In this document: in pieces, positions 1-11,016 of the stretch
Layout: each line of letters opens with the position of its first letter
Numbering within the stretch: the stretch's first letter is position 1
Source: Octopus bimaculoides
Taxonomy: Eukaryota
DNA: 34,169 nt
Reading direction: 5' to 3'
Assembly (NCBI RefSeq): GCF_001194135.2
Contig: NC_068981.1
Location: 28,289,573-28,323,741, forward strand
The notes under the pieces: model-generated
What the model was told of the DNA's origin: nothing
Databases searched by the model: none
Seen by the model: the letters and a program-made list of their open reading frames with translations, nothing else
Translations under genes and position numbers: made by a program

Positions 1-124
1 CTAATATCTTTGGTTTTTTCACCGACACAGTGGATATAACCGGAGTACTTCGATGTTGACATCCCTTTCAGAGGATTTATATCCTTGATTTAGTTATATA
101 TGTATTTATAATATGTATATATAT

Positions 125-125
<1 letters not shown>

Positions 126-160
<35 letters not shown>
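126..160. repeat. (TAA)n microsatellite
   Basis: Directly visible. Confidence 0.95.
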
Positions 161-335
161 GGGATAAAAATCCAAAATTACAGGTAAGAACTCAATTAAA
201 ATCAATTTATTAAAAATTAAAATATAAATTAAGTTTCACAGTATTAAATATTATTATCGTTATCTTATGATATTTACCCTAAAACTATACATATATATAT
301 ATATATATATATATAATACTTATATACACATATAA

Positions 336-1542
336 TCAGGCTGAGTAAAAAGTAAGCAACGTTTTGGAAGATAAAATTCATCAAAATATATTTCAACAAT
401 GCGGAATTTTTATTCACCAGACTAAGTACCATTACAATCAACACATTTTTGCCAACGAGTTACAAGTTTGTTTATTTCGGTAACATAAAAACCTGGAATT
501 CTGGGCCTGATTAAACTCTCTGAATACTCTTTCAGCATTGGTTTGAAGTTTTTTAAACTCCTTCTCTCGCAGGAAACCAAGAAAGTTGCTTAAAATAGAA
601 GTAGTCGGTTGGAGAAAGTTCTGGGGAATAAGCTTGATGGGGATAAACTTCGTAGCCAAGTTCCCTCAACTTCTGGAGCGTCATTAGTAAATCGTGTGGT
701 CGAGCATTGTCAGGAAGAATGATTGTCCCTATTTTGTTGAGCAGTCTGGAACGGAGGAGCAGCAACTTTTCATTGTTTTTGGCAATTTCATGGCAATATG
801 TTTCTGTAGTAATGGTTTTTCTGGGTTTTAAGAAGTTATAGTGAGTGAGTCCAGTATTACACCATCAAACAGTTACCATTAACTTCTTTTTGAAGAGCTT
901 GGGTTTAGGGAAGGTTAGAATACAATCAAGAAATTGGTCGGTCTGGTTACAGAAAAGAAGCGACGAGCAAATTCCATATCTGCGCATTTTCTGATTTTTA
1001 TTTAAATCGTGTGGTATCCATCTGTCGGGTTTTGTTGATTTTCCGATCGCTTGCAAATGGTTGCAGGCAGTTTTCTGGCTAACTTGAAGATTTTTTTTAC
1101 CAGTTCTCGTGTGGTTTTACGTGGATCTTTCTCAATGACGGTCTTTAACTGACCATCATCGATGGCAGATGGGCGTCCACTACGCTCACGATCTTCAAGG
1201 CTCAGGTCTTCACTGCGAAATCGTTTAAACCATTTTCGAGCTGACCACTCCCTGGTCATTTTTTCATCAAGCGCTTCGTTGATATTGCAAGCAGTTTCAA
1301 CTGTCTTACGTCCCTTTTTTTGAAGTTGATTAGCAAAATTGTTCGAATATCGCGCTTTCAGATGATTGTAACAAGGGGGAAAAAATATCAATGTTAATTT
1401 ATTGACGCATTTGGGCAAGTGCATATCTGTATCATCAGACAATTGCAAAAAAAAAAAAATATTTTAAAAAGTTCAAAACTCTGCAAAATCCGATACAAAT
1501 TTTTCATGGTTCAAAACGTTGCTTACTTTTTACTGAACCTGA
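336..1542 (-). mobile_element. Mariner (Tc1/mariner, DD34D) DNA transposon, near full length, non-functional
   Basis: 31-bp terminal inverted repeats: tcaggctgagtaaaaagtaagcaacgttttg (336-366) and caaaacgttgcttactttttactgaacctga (1512-1542), 29/31 identical. TA follows at 1543-1544; the left flank reads taa. Transposase remnants lie inside on the minus strand. Confidence 0.93.
420..1368 (-). pseudogene. Mariner transposase pseudogene (frameshifted, first catalytic Asp deleted)
   Basis: Four frameshifted ORF pieces carry mariner motifs in the correct order: HTH region RKWFKRFRSEDLSLEDRERSGRPS, WIPHDL (WVPHEL motif), PDNARPH (second Asp) and HQAYSPELSPTDY (YSPDLAPSD motif). The (T)GDEKW motif is missing at the LT/FPKPKL junction (912/913). 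Start and end are approximate. Confidence 0.9.
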
Positions 1543-1708
1543 TACTTTACAAGTAGGGACCAAATTTTTTTTTTATATAATGAAATGAATTGTTGTTGCG
1601 CAAAAACTGCATAGCCATTATAGCATACTGAAAGTGTTGTAGTGTACCACCATACACGTTATACTTTTCAGAAGTGGATCTTCCATAGTATGCAACTGTT
1701 TACTCAAC

Positions 1709-1711
<3 letters not shown>

Positions 1712-1788
<77 letters not shown>

Positions 1789-1821
1789 CAGATATAGTTA
1801 TATACGTGCGAGCGCACAAAG

Positions 1822-1854
<33 letters not shown>

Positions 1855-1858
1855 CACA
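1712..1858. repeat. (AT)n followed by (CA)n microsatellites
   Basis: Directly visible. Confidence 0.95.
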
Positions 1859-1889
1859 TATGCACGTATATAATCCATACTTTCGACGT

Positions 1890-2171
1890 CCTTGGTATCC
1901 AAATAAGTTTCTGGATTGCGTCACAGTTACAACTATACTACAGTCGACATGTAATTTTGCTTTCATAACTTATTACAGTTAGTAACAGCTGCCGTAAGGT
2001 CATTCGTTTTATATACAATTTCTCTGCCGTCTCTCCTATTTTTAGGTCATCGTTAGGACTAATTGTACTCTTTGAGACTCCGTACCTCACATCCTATTAA
2101 CCATGCGTCATACCAATTTCAAACCAATTGATGCACTTAACATTTCCTTCCTCTTTCCTTGTGTACGCCAT
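1890..2171 (-). pseudogene. Possible decayed Tc1-like transposase N-terminal (HTH) fragment
   Basis: My minus-strand translation from the ATG at 2171 gives MAYTRKEEGNVKCINWFEIGMTHG**DVRYGVSKSTIS...YIKRMTLRQLLLT. This resembles Tc1-family N-termini (GMSQ..VA.RFGVSKSTIS...YIR..ALRNR.LT). It has stops and no TIRs were found. Confidence 0.3.
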
Positions 2172-2644
2172 TCTATCTCATATGAAGATGCCCGTTACAA
2201 ATATTTTGTAAGTTGTATCAATTCAGGTAGAGGTCTCATTGCCGTTGTTCATTCTTTTTGATGTAACAGCCAAATTCCTTCTTAAAAAGAAGACACTTTG
2301 TATAAAGTGGATCTAGATTTACACTGCCTCTAAATAAGACAGGTTCGTCATTATTGAAAAATCGTTGATTATAGGGTATATTTTAGTAACATAGTTACAC
2401 GTGATGCAGTGATGATTACTAACTTATTGCGTAAGCAAAACCTCACGCAATCCAGCACCACCACATCATCAGAGTCCTTTCAAGTGGTGTGTGCATAGTT
2501 CAGCGAGTTAACAGAAATGACAGTGGACAGTTTTCTTGGATTGAACGTAGAGTTCGCACAGAAAAGGAAACATAGAGCAGTAACCGTAATATCTACTATC
2601 AAATTAGTAAATCACATTATATGCATGGGTGAATATATGTATCT

Positions 2645-2965
2645 TTTATCTTTTACTTGTAACAGTTGTTAGATGCTGTCATGCTGGAGCACCGTTTTCA
2701 AAACTTTTAGTCGAACGAATCGAGCCTACTACTTATTCTTTTTAAAAACCTAGTAGTTAATCAGTCCGTCCTTTTGCCAAACAATTAAGTTGCGGGGACG
2801 TGAACACACCAACACCGGTTGTCAAACGGTATTGGGGACAAAGACACAAAGACACATACGCATGTGCGCGTGCCGGGGCTTCTTTCAGTTTTCTCCAGCC
2901 CGATGCTATAGTAAAATGCTACACAGTGGTACTGAACCAGAAACCACGTGTCTGGGAAGCAAAAT
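2645..2965 (-). mobile_element. tRNA-derived SINE (family B here), near full length with internal deletions
   Basis: On the minus strand: a tRNA-like head (plus strand gtggtactgaaccagaaacc near 2925-2945), a body with gggcttctttcagttt and gctatagta, a CA-rich middle, then a 3' part ending ...gctccagcatgacagcatctaacaactgttacaagtaaaaga. The 3' part is homologous in reverse orientation to 20281-20460. Confidence 0.8.
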
Positions 2966-4625
2966 TTGCCGTGCGTTTTGATGTTAAGTTATAATGAAAA
3001 CAATTTAACATTAAGTGCGTATATATAATTCTTTAGGAAGAATATTGACAGAGTTTTCGAAGTTTCGATCTGCTAGGACTTCATAGTTCTTAGCTTGATG
3101 AAACTTCGATACTATTCTTCATAAAGAATAATGTATGTATGTATGTATGTATGTATGTAATCTCAAATATAGTACCCAAATATATTATGAGTACAATAAA
3201 ACATCTACAACATACCCGCAGCCCCTTACCCCCACACACTCGTTTATACATACATATACATTTTCACACACGTACACACCTACAAACAAACTCCAAACTC
3301 AAATTCTGTGTGTAGGCGACGCATTTTCTAATTTCTAAACCCAACCTAGGTAGATGTATTATATGCAATTTGACATTTCCAATGGCGTTGGTAGGGAAAT
3401 TTTCACTGTTCTGCGAACGAATAGACTAAGAAAATTTATATTAGGATACCATGTCTAGAGATTATAGCTAGAAACATAAACTTTAAAGGTCGTAAATCAA
3501 AAAGCATGTCCTTACGTAATATCATCGAAGTAGAAAGGGAAGATGGAAGAGGTATTGAAATATTGAAACAGAATTGTAAGAATACAATAGTATCTCGTAT
3601 AAGGAGCACATATATATTGTTATCCAGATGTTTCGTATGAATTCACACACAAACACATAGACAGACACGTATGCTCATATATATAAATATGTATATGTAT
3701 ATATTAGCCTGTAGCTCTCTCTCTCTCTCTTTCTCTCTTTCTCTTTCTACAGCAATCTATCTATTTCCTTGTGAGTGTATACATCTTTGACGTAAAGTAT
3801 TTATTGATGGGAACATGAACTGAAAGGAAAGAGAAAGGAAAAGTATATAAGATATATCTATGTAACAAAGAAATATCCATTTACCCTGAGTCAACAACTG
3901 GAAAGCTGATAAGACTCTATTAATAATGACGAGAAGTTGTGTGGAAGTCTCGTACACGTTTCTGTATTTGGCGTAAACAACATTACTCGAAATTTGGCAG
4001 TTCTTTCAACAGATTTGTTTTCAAAGATCACGATTCTGTTTGTACGACACGACTCCTAAATTACCAGTTATATTTTTGGAACCATGAGTGATTTCAAATT
4101 TTTCAATTTCATTCTCGTTCATCATTCAAGTTGGTCCAGCCATGTTTGATCAACTCTCGGTTTACATCCTAAAAACAACTTTGTTTTACATCGTTCTACA
4201 GTGGACACTACAAGTACTAGTCGAGAACTGGGACCGATATAGTAGTGTATTCCTCGCCAGAAATTTTGAGGCATACACGCTGATGGATGCCTCTAATCAA
4301 TGAAAGGTCAAAGATTTGTGCACTACTATGCAAATGAATCAAATAATAGAATCAGACGAGACGATGTGAAGAATATTCTGGCCCAATTTCATATACAGCG
4401 AAGATACCTATGACACTTAACTACATCTTTGGTCCAGTTTACTTAGGTATCAATGTAGGTAACCCCAAGGAGTTTATTAAGCAAGCAGAGAGGGCATTGT
4501 CTCATTAATAAATATTTCTTTCTTATGCCTGCTCTGCCAGGAATTGTACATGATTTTAGTTTCGTTGGAAATATTAGAACTTGACTGCATGGATATTTAA
4601 GTTAGCTGTTTGTTATTCACCGCCA

Positions 4626-4927
4626 TACCAAGTATGGTCAATAAGTATCTGGACTGTTGCTGTAGTAACAATGATAAAGGACGCAGAGTGTAGCCACTTG
4701 GCAAAGATTGAGCTTGACATCTACTTTGCATGCACACTAAGTTTTAACGTTCTAGCTCCCTTCTGCTGTTTACTCGGAAGAAAGGTGTGTAGCATTGCCC
4801 AAGACAGGGAATGTGTCATGGCGATACCTGCTCAGAGGCCTACACAAAGTTGCAGAAGGTGTATGGAGAGGAGCGTATGAGCCGCATACAAATGTACGAC
4901 TGGTTCAGACGTTTCCAAGATGGCCGA
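4626..4927 (+). mobile_element. 5' fragment of a second mariner family
   Basis: A TIR-like start (taccaagtatggtcaataagtatctggactg, 4626). Frame from 4820 reads GDTCSEAYTKLQKVYGEERMSRIQMYDWFRRFQDGR, a typical mariner HTH. Confidence 0.8.
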
Positions 4928-5100
4928 CATTTTCGAAAACTTTGCATAAGCCTCTGAGCAGATATTACCAAGATTTTGGCAAAATTTGAGGCGGATTCTC
5001 TGCTCAACTTTCTCTGTCATGTTCAATGCGGCGATCACACGCTACACACTTTCCTTCCAAGCACTGCTGTAAACAGTGGAAGTGAGCTAGAACGTCTTTT
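4928..5100 (-). mobile_element. 5' fragment of the same mariner family, opposite orientation
   Basis: ATG at 5020 gives MTEKVEQRIRLKFCQNLGNICSEAYAKFSKM. Its 5' UTR (acgttctagctcacttccactgtttac...ggaaggaaagtgtgtagc) is homologous to plus-strand 4748-4792. Confidence 0.8.
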
Positions 5101-5406
5101 CTAGGTATGAGAATTTGTCTCAAACGTTTCTAATAATTAAAGACATAAGAGGTTTGTAAAGTGTCACTAATCGTTTTAAAATTAAATAAATAGTTAAAAA
5201 TAAATCAAGAATCATTAGAATCAGCAACAGCATGTAACAGTGTCGGAAGAGAAGGTTGTGCAGAGTCGCGAACCAAAACGAAAACGTGTTTTCCTTTCCT
5301 CATCAAGTTATATCATATATTACGCTTCCAATGGTTTTAGGGAACAATGAACACTGCAATGTGCAATAACTCCTTCTATAAATAATCCCGTTCTCTTTCT
5401 GCCCCC

Positions 5407-5411
<5 letters not shown>

Positions 5412-5467
<56 letters not shown>

Positions 5468-6397
5468 NNNNNNNNNNNNNNNNNNNNNNNNNNNNNNNNN
5501 NNNNNNNNNNNNNNNNNNNNNNNNNNNNNNNNNNNNNNNNNNNNNNNNNNNNNNNNNNNNNNNNNNNNNNNNNNNNNNNNNNNNNNNNNNNNNNNNNNNN
5601 NNNNNNNNNNNNNNNNNNNNNNNNNNNNNNNNNNNNNNNNNNNNNNNNNNNNNNNNNNNNNNNNNNNNNNNNNNNNNNNNNNNNNNNNNNNNNNNNNNNN
5701 NNNNNNNNNNNNNNNNNNNNNNNNNNNNNNNNNNNNNNNNNNNNNNNNNNNNNNNNNNNNNNNNNNNNNNNNNNNNNNNNNNNNNNNNNNNNNNNNNNNN
5801 NNNNNNNNNNNNNNNNNNNNNNNNNNNNNNNNNNNNNNNNNNNNNNNNNNNNNNNNNNNNNNNNNNNNNNNNNNNNNNNNNNNNNNNNNNNNNNNNNNNN
5901 NNNNNNNNNNNNNNNNNNNNNNNNNNNNNNNNNNNNNNNNNNNNNNNNNNNNNNNNNNNNNNNNNNNNNNNNNNNNNNNNNNNNNNNNNNNNNNNNNNNN
6001 NNNNNNNNNNNNNNNNNNNNNNNNNNNNNNNNNNNNNNNNNNNNNNNNNNNNNNNNNNNNNNNNNNNNNNNNNNNNNNNNNNNNNNNNNNNNNNNNNNNN
6101 NNNNNNNNNNNNNNNNNNNNNNNNNNNNNNNNNNNNNNNNNNNNNNNNNNNNNNNNNNNNNNNNNNNNNNNNNNNNNNNNNNNNNNNNNNNNNNNNNNNN
6201 NNNNNNNNNNNNNNNNNNNNNNNNNNNNNNNNNNNNNNNNNNNNNNNNNNNNNNNNNNNNNNNNNNNNNNNNNNNNNNNNNNNNNNNNNNNNNNNNNNNN
6301 NNNNNNNNNNNNNNNNNNNNNNNNNNNNNNNNNNNNNNNNNNNNNNNNNNNNNNNNNNNNNNNNNNNNNNNNNNNNNNNNNNNNNNNNNNNNNNNNN
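5412..6397. other. (CT)n tract running into an assembly gap (N 5468-6397)
   Basis: Directly visible. Confidence 0.98.
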
Positions 6398-6570
6398 TTT
6401 GTGTACGTGCGCACGCGCGGATGTGTTTATTTATTTACAAAAGGAATACACAACGAAGCAATGTTTATTTTGTCATTCCTTGTAGATATCCACTTTGCCG
6501 CTATTCCAGCTTTTCTCACCGGAAACTCCGAGTGGCAACGATGTGCGAGATAAATTTACAAATACGCGCG

Positions 6571-6618
<48 letters not shown>

Positions 6619-7502
6619 CACACACACAGAGGCGCACATTAAAATAAATATCGCAAAATTAGGATAACATCTAACATAATCGTATTAAGTTATTAAGTTT
6701 ATATATCTTGGCGATGTAATTCAGATTTTGTTTTTCTTATGCTTTTAAAATCAAATATTATAATTCTATTATTTTCTCCCTCTTTCTCTATGCTTTCTTT
6801 CATGATATTGTTCTGCTTTCAACAACACTATTAGTAGTATTTGTAACTTTAGGAACATGTATTTATCGTTGGCTAACTTATAATATTTACCAATGAGTCC
6901 GCCATGTCTGTCTGCCTGACTATCTATTTATCAATCTTTCGCTATCCATCTCTCCCCTCTCTGTATGTATTTCTCTATCGTTGCGATGCGTCAATAAGGG
7001 AGTACACAATTTGGGGAAATTATACCTTACTAACTGCTACTCTCAGGTCCGTTCTAGTCGTGTCTGGAGTTTCTGAGAGGGCAACAGCTATGGGTGAAAT
7101 AGACAGAGAACTCGGATGTATTACTCAATCCCCACCTATGTATGAATATACACTAATGATACATGAGCTAATCAGCTTGTTTCAGGGTTAGCGGTTAGAT
7201 TGGTTCCATGTTTCAGGGACAGGTTCAGTCTGTCCATGTTCCGATCAGGAAACTAGCAGAGTAAAGAGTAAATATATCGGCAAAAGGTAACAGGGACATA
7301 TTATTGCATGATGTATGGCGCTCTCTGAATGGTCTTCATTACAAACGGAGATTACTATCTTGTTCACAAGAAAAAAAATCGTTGGAATTTGGCATGTGGA
7401 CACATGATCCCTGGGAAACAGGAATTATACATGGAAAGTGCGAGAGAGAACCCATAATTATGCATAATTTCATTAAATGAAACTGTTGCTGATAAATAAA
7501 AG

Positions 7503-7702
7503 CTTCAAACTTTGGTATAAGGTTAGAAATTTTGGAGGAGGCCTTAAGTCGATATTATCGAGCCTGGTACTCAAGTTGTATGTATTTTATCGACGCCGAA
7601 ACTATGAAAGGAAAAGCCGACCCGTGCCAGAATTTGAAATCTGGACTAAAATACAGCTAAGCATTTTGCCGGGCGTGCTAACTATTCTCCCAGATGATCG
7701 CT
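7503..7702 (-). mobile_element. tRNA-derived SINE (family A here), degraded copy
   Basis: Aligns by eye with the adjacent copy: tattttatcgacgccgaaactatgaaaggaaaagccgaccc...gaatttgaaatc...gcattttgccgggcgtgctaac. Confidence 0.8.
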
Positions 7703-7714
7703 TTGTAACTGTTC

Positions 7715-7944
7715 AATAATAATTCGTTTCTACTCTGGGCACAAGTCCCGAAATTTGGGGGAGGAGGGGGGGGGGGCAATCGATTAGATCGACCCCAGTA
7801 CGCAACTGGTGCTTAATTTATCGACCCCGAAAGGATGAAAGGCAAAATCGACCTCGGTGGAATTTGAACTCAGAACGTAAAGACAGACGAAATACCGCAA
7901 CTCATTTCGCCCGGCGTGCTAACGTTCCTACCAGTTAGCTGCCT
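7715..7944 (-). mobile_element. tRNA-derived SINE (family A), well preserved
   Basis: The minus strand has a Pol III B-box gagttcaaattcc (7859-7871), a tRNA-like 5' end and an AT-rich tail (ttattatt). Homologous to 30070-30293. Confidence 0.9.
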
Positions 7945-8694
7945 TCTGTTAAATAATAAATATAAGCTTAAAGAACACTGACTTGTAGAGGAGATTATCA
8001 AGAGCATTTGATAGCTGGATATTTGAATCACTGCATACATGCATGTGAGAGCAAATGCACGCTGTGGATGAGATCTTGGAGCATCAAACCATATTCTCCA
8101 TTCGATTCTGATAACAAAGTTATTAATGAATTTATTTCAGTACTCTATAATTTACTCTTTAAAAGATTTAGGAAAAAATACTTCATGGAAGATAGATATC
8201 AAGACAATACATTTTTATAAATAGATTCATTAGGCAGAAGTAATGAAGGTATCACTCCTTGGTTTATTATATGCAGATGTAAAGGTTGTTCGAAAATACT
8301 CAAGTAAACGAAATAAATCATTGCTTAACATTTCACATCTATATATCTATATGACTATTGTTTGACAGTCAATCTTCGAGAATATATACGCACAACGCAC
8401 AACTAATGTTGTATGTATATGTAAAATATGTTTCAGTCACACAGAAAGGCATACTCGCAGACGCATGCAAATATATATGTATATACATATAGACAGATTT
8501 GCGGTATATACATATCTGCAGTCACGTGTTGTTACAATCTGTATTTTGATATATGCATTCAGTTCTTAAACTATGTTCTTCTTTATCTTTACATTCGGCG
8601 AATGCAAAACGTTGACGCGCAACTGTACAAGTGCAAATGTTTTCTATGTTAACGGTAGCAGAGTTGGATTGTATATATTCAGCTTCGAACTGCT

Positions 8695-8698
<4 letters not shown>

Positions 8699-8737
<39 letters not shown>
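8699..8737. repeat. Poly(T) run, about 39 nt
   Basis: Directly visible. Confidence 0.97.
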
Positions 8738-8893
8738 CTTTCTTTTTCTATATCGTTATTTACAACAAATTCAAACATTTACAACATATCCAAACACTCG
8801 TGTGCGCGCGAAGACGCGTACAACTTCAATGACTTGCAGTACACCTGAGGACTATATTCAATAAATACATTATTATAATTATTATTGTTGTTG

Positions 8894-8896
<3 letters not shown>

Positions 8897-8969
<73 letters not shown>

Positions 8970-9400
8970 CAAATATATACATAGCTATATATATATATAT
9001 ATATTTATATACATGTACATATCTATATATGTATACATATGCGTATGCACACATTATATATGCATGTGTTTGTGCATATACGTACAGTAAATGCGTGTGT
9101 GTCTGTGTGTAATATAAATATATACACATATCAATAGATACATGCATGCATATGTGTGTACGTGCGTACGTGTATGTGAAAGATTTATGCATACAAATTT
9201 CCACAAAATTATACACACAGAAATACAAATACACGAGTGTGATCACGTGCAAATATAAACATTTTTCACAAACAAACATAGCGTTACTGCTGTTGTTTGT
9301 TTGTTTGTTTGTTTCCGTTGTATTGTATATGTGTGCTTATAAATCTTTTTGTTTACATTTATATATGTGTATATATATGTGTGTGTATGTACACACAAAG

Positions 9401-9435
<35 letters not shown>

Positions 9436-9515
9436 TGTATGTACGTATGTATGCATATATATATATATGTGTGTGTANNNNNNNNNNGTATGTATGCATA
9501 TATATATATATGTGT

Positions 9516-9563
<48 letters not shown>
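8897..9563. repeat. Compound (AT)/(GT)/(TATG) microsatellite field with a 10-N gap at 9478-9487
   Basis: Directly visible. Confidence 0.9.
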
Positions 9564-9565
<2 letters not shown>

Positions 9566-9845
9566 TGCATGTATTTATGCGTGTACTTAGGTATGGAATT
9601 ACGCAGTCATTGTTTTAACACTGTAGGTTGTCCTTTGAAAATGAGATTAAATTAATTAAATTACTCATTTTATAGAGATAATTAAATATTAACACGTCAA
9701 ATGAGTGAGTCTGCTTACTTGTCTATGTTGACACTGGCAGAAAACAGGAGGAGGAGGAGGAGGAGGGGGAAAGTGGAGCAGGTAATGTAAGGATTAGAGA
9801 TTGGAATGAATGAGAGCAACAAGAAGTATCGGACAAATCATATAT

Positions 9846-9846
9846 G

Positions 9847-9927
<81 letters not shown>

Positions 9928-9944
9928 GATAGATATTTATATAC

Positions 9945-9976
<32 letters not shown>
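9846..9976. repeat. (GATA)n-(GA)n-(AT)n compound microsatellite
   Basis: Directly visible. Confidence 0.95.
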
Positions 9977-9981
<5 letters not shown>

Positions 9982-10539
9982 TATAAAGAAGCAGTTTTCG
10001 GAAAATATTTGAAATTACAGGTATGCTTAAAACAAGCAAAATCTTAGATAAATCAGAAAAGATGGTTGTCAGATTTAGAGAAGCATGAAATTTTTTTAAA
10101 AAAGGAGAGAAGGAAAGACGAATCAGAAAGAAGGTGAGAGAGGGGAAGCGGGAGGAAGAGCGAGCATGGGAAAAGATGTGAATAAACTAAAGATGGCGTA
10201 AGAACTACAGAGTAAGAATAACAGAATAAATACAAAAGGAAAAAGAGAAAAGTATCAGAAAGTATAAGAATTTAATCGGAAAAGAGAAAGTAAAGTTTAA
10301 ACATATTTCAAGAGATAAATCTTGAACGTATGGAAGCCATTTTGCATTTGTGACACATCCTCAAGAGGTAGACATAATTTACCCAAATCAAGAATTCATG
10401 CAGTATGTTATGTGACATTACCTGTATTTGATTGATTTCAGATGTGCATTCCACTGGCCACTTTGAATTACTTCTCTTAGACCATTTTTGCTTAATTTAT
10501 GTAGATTACATACGCTATAGATGTGTTCAACAATTTTTA

Positions 10540-10863
10540 TATATGGGTCAGTTGTTAGAACATTGGGCTTGTAATCTTAACGTTGTGAATTCGATTCCTG
10601 TACCGGTGTGTTTGTTGTGTTCTTGAGCAAGACACTTTATTTCACGTTGCTCGAGTTCATTCTGCTGTAGAAATGAGCTGCAACGTCACAGATGCTAAGC
10701 CTTTGCCTTTCCCTTGGGTAACATCGGTGACGTGGAGAGAGGAGTCCGGTATGCTTGGGCGACTGCTGGTCTTCCACAAACAACCTTGCCCGAACTTGAG
10801 CCTCAGAGGGTAGCTTTCTAGGTACAATCCCATGGTCATTTGTGACTGCAGAGGGTCTTTCCT
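10540..10863 (+). mobile_element. tRNA-derived SINE (family C here) with conserved-core-like central domain
   Basis: A-box-like tgggtcagttgtt, B-box-like gaattcgattcc, then ttgtgttcttgagcaagacactttatttcacgttgctcgagttcattctgctgtagaaatgag. That stretch resembles the central domains of the CORE/V/Meta SINE superfamilies; I cannot say which. Confidence 0.8.
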
Positions 10864-11016
10864 CTGACGTCCCTTGGCTGTTGGAGACGTGTGAATGGCG
10901 ATTATTGAGGAAGTAATATGTGTCCTGAAGTGCAGAGGGTCTTTCCTCTGACGTCCCTTGGCTGTTGGAGACGTGTGAATGGCGATTATTGAGGAAGTAA
11001 TATGTGTCCTGAAGTG
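10847..11016. repeat. Perfect 84-bp tandem duplication (2 copies)
   Basis: 10847-10930 is identical to 10931-11014, followed by tg. It appears in the ORF track as the duplicated 28-aa HFRTHITSSIIAIHTSPTAKGRQRKDPL. Confidence 0.97.

Noticed and set aside
3062-3090. Second hammerhead-like string on the minus strand (ctatgaagtcctagcagatcgaaac)
   Set aside because: The CUGAUGA box is broken, stem II is mismatched, and no stem I or III can be built. It is better described as part of the foldback.
10847-11016. CRISPR-like or other prokaryotic repeat interpretation of this and the 85-bp array
   Set aside because: These are contiguous tandem units without unique spacers, there are no cas genes, and the context is eukaryotic.
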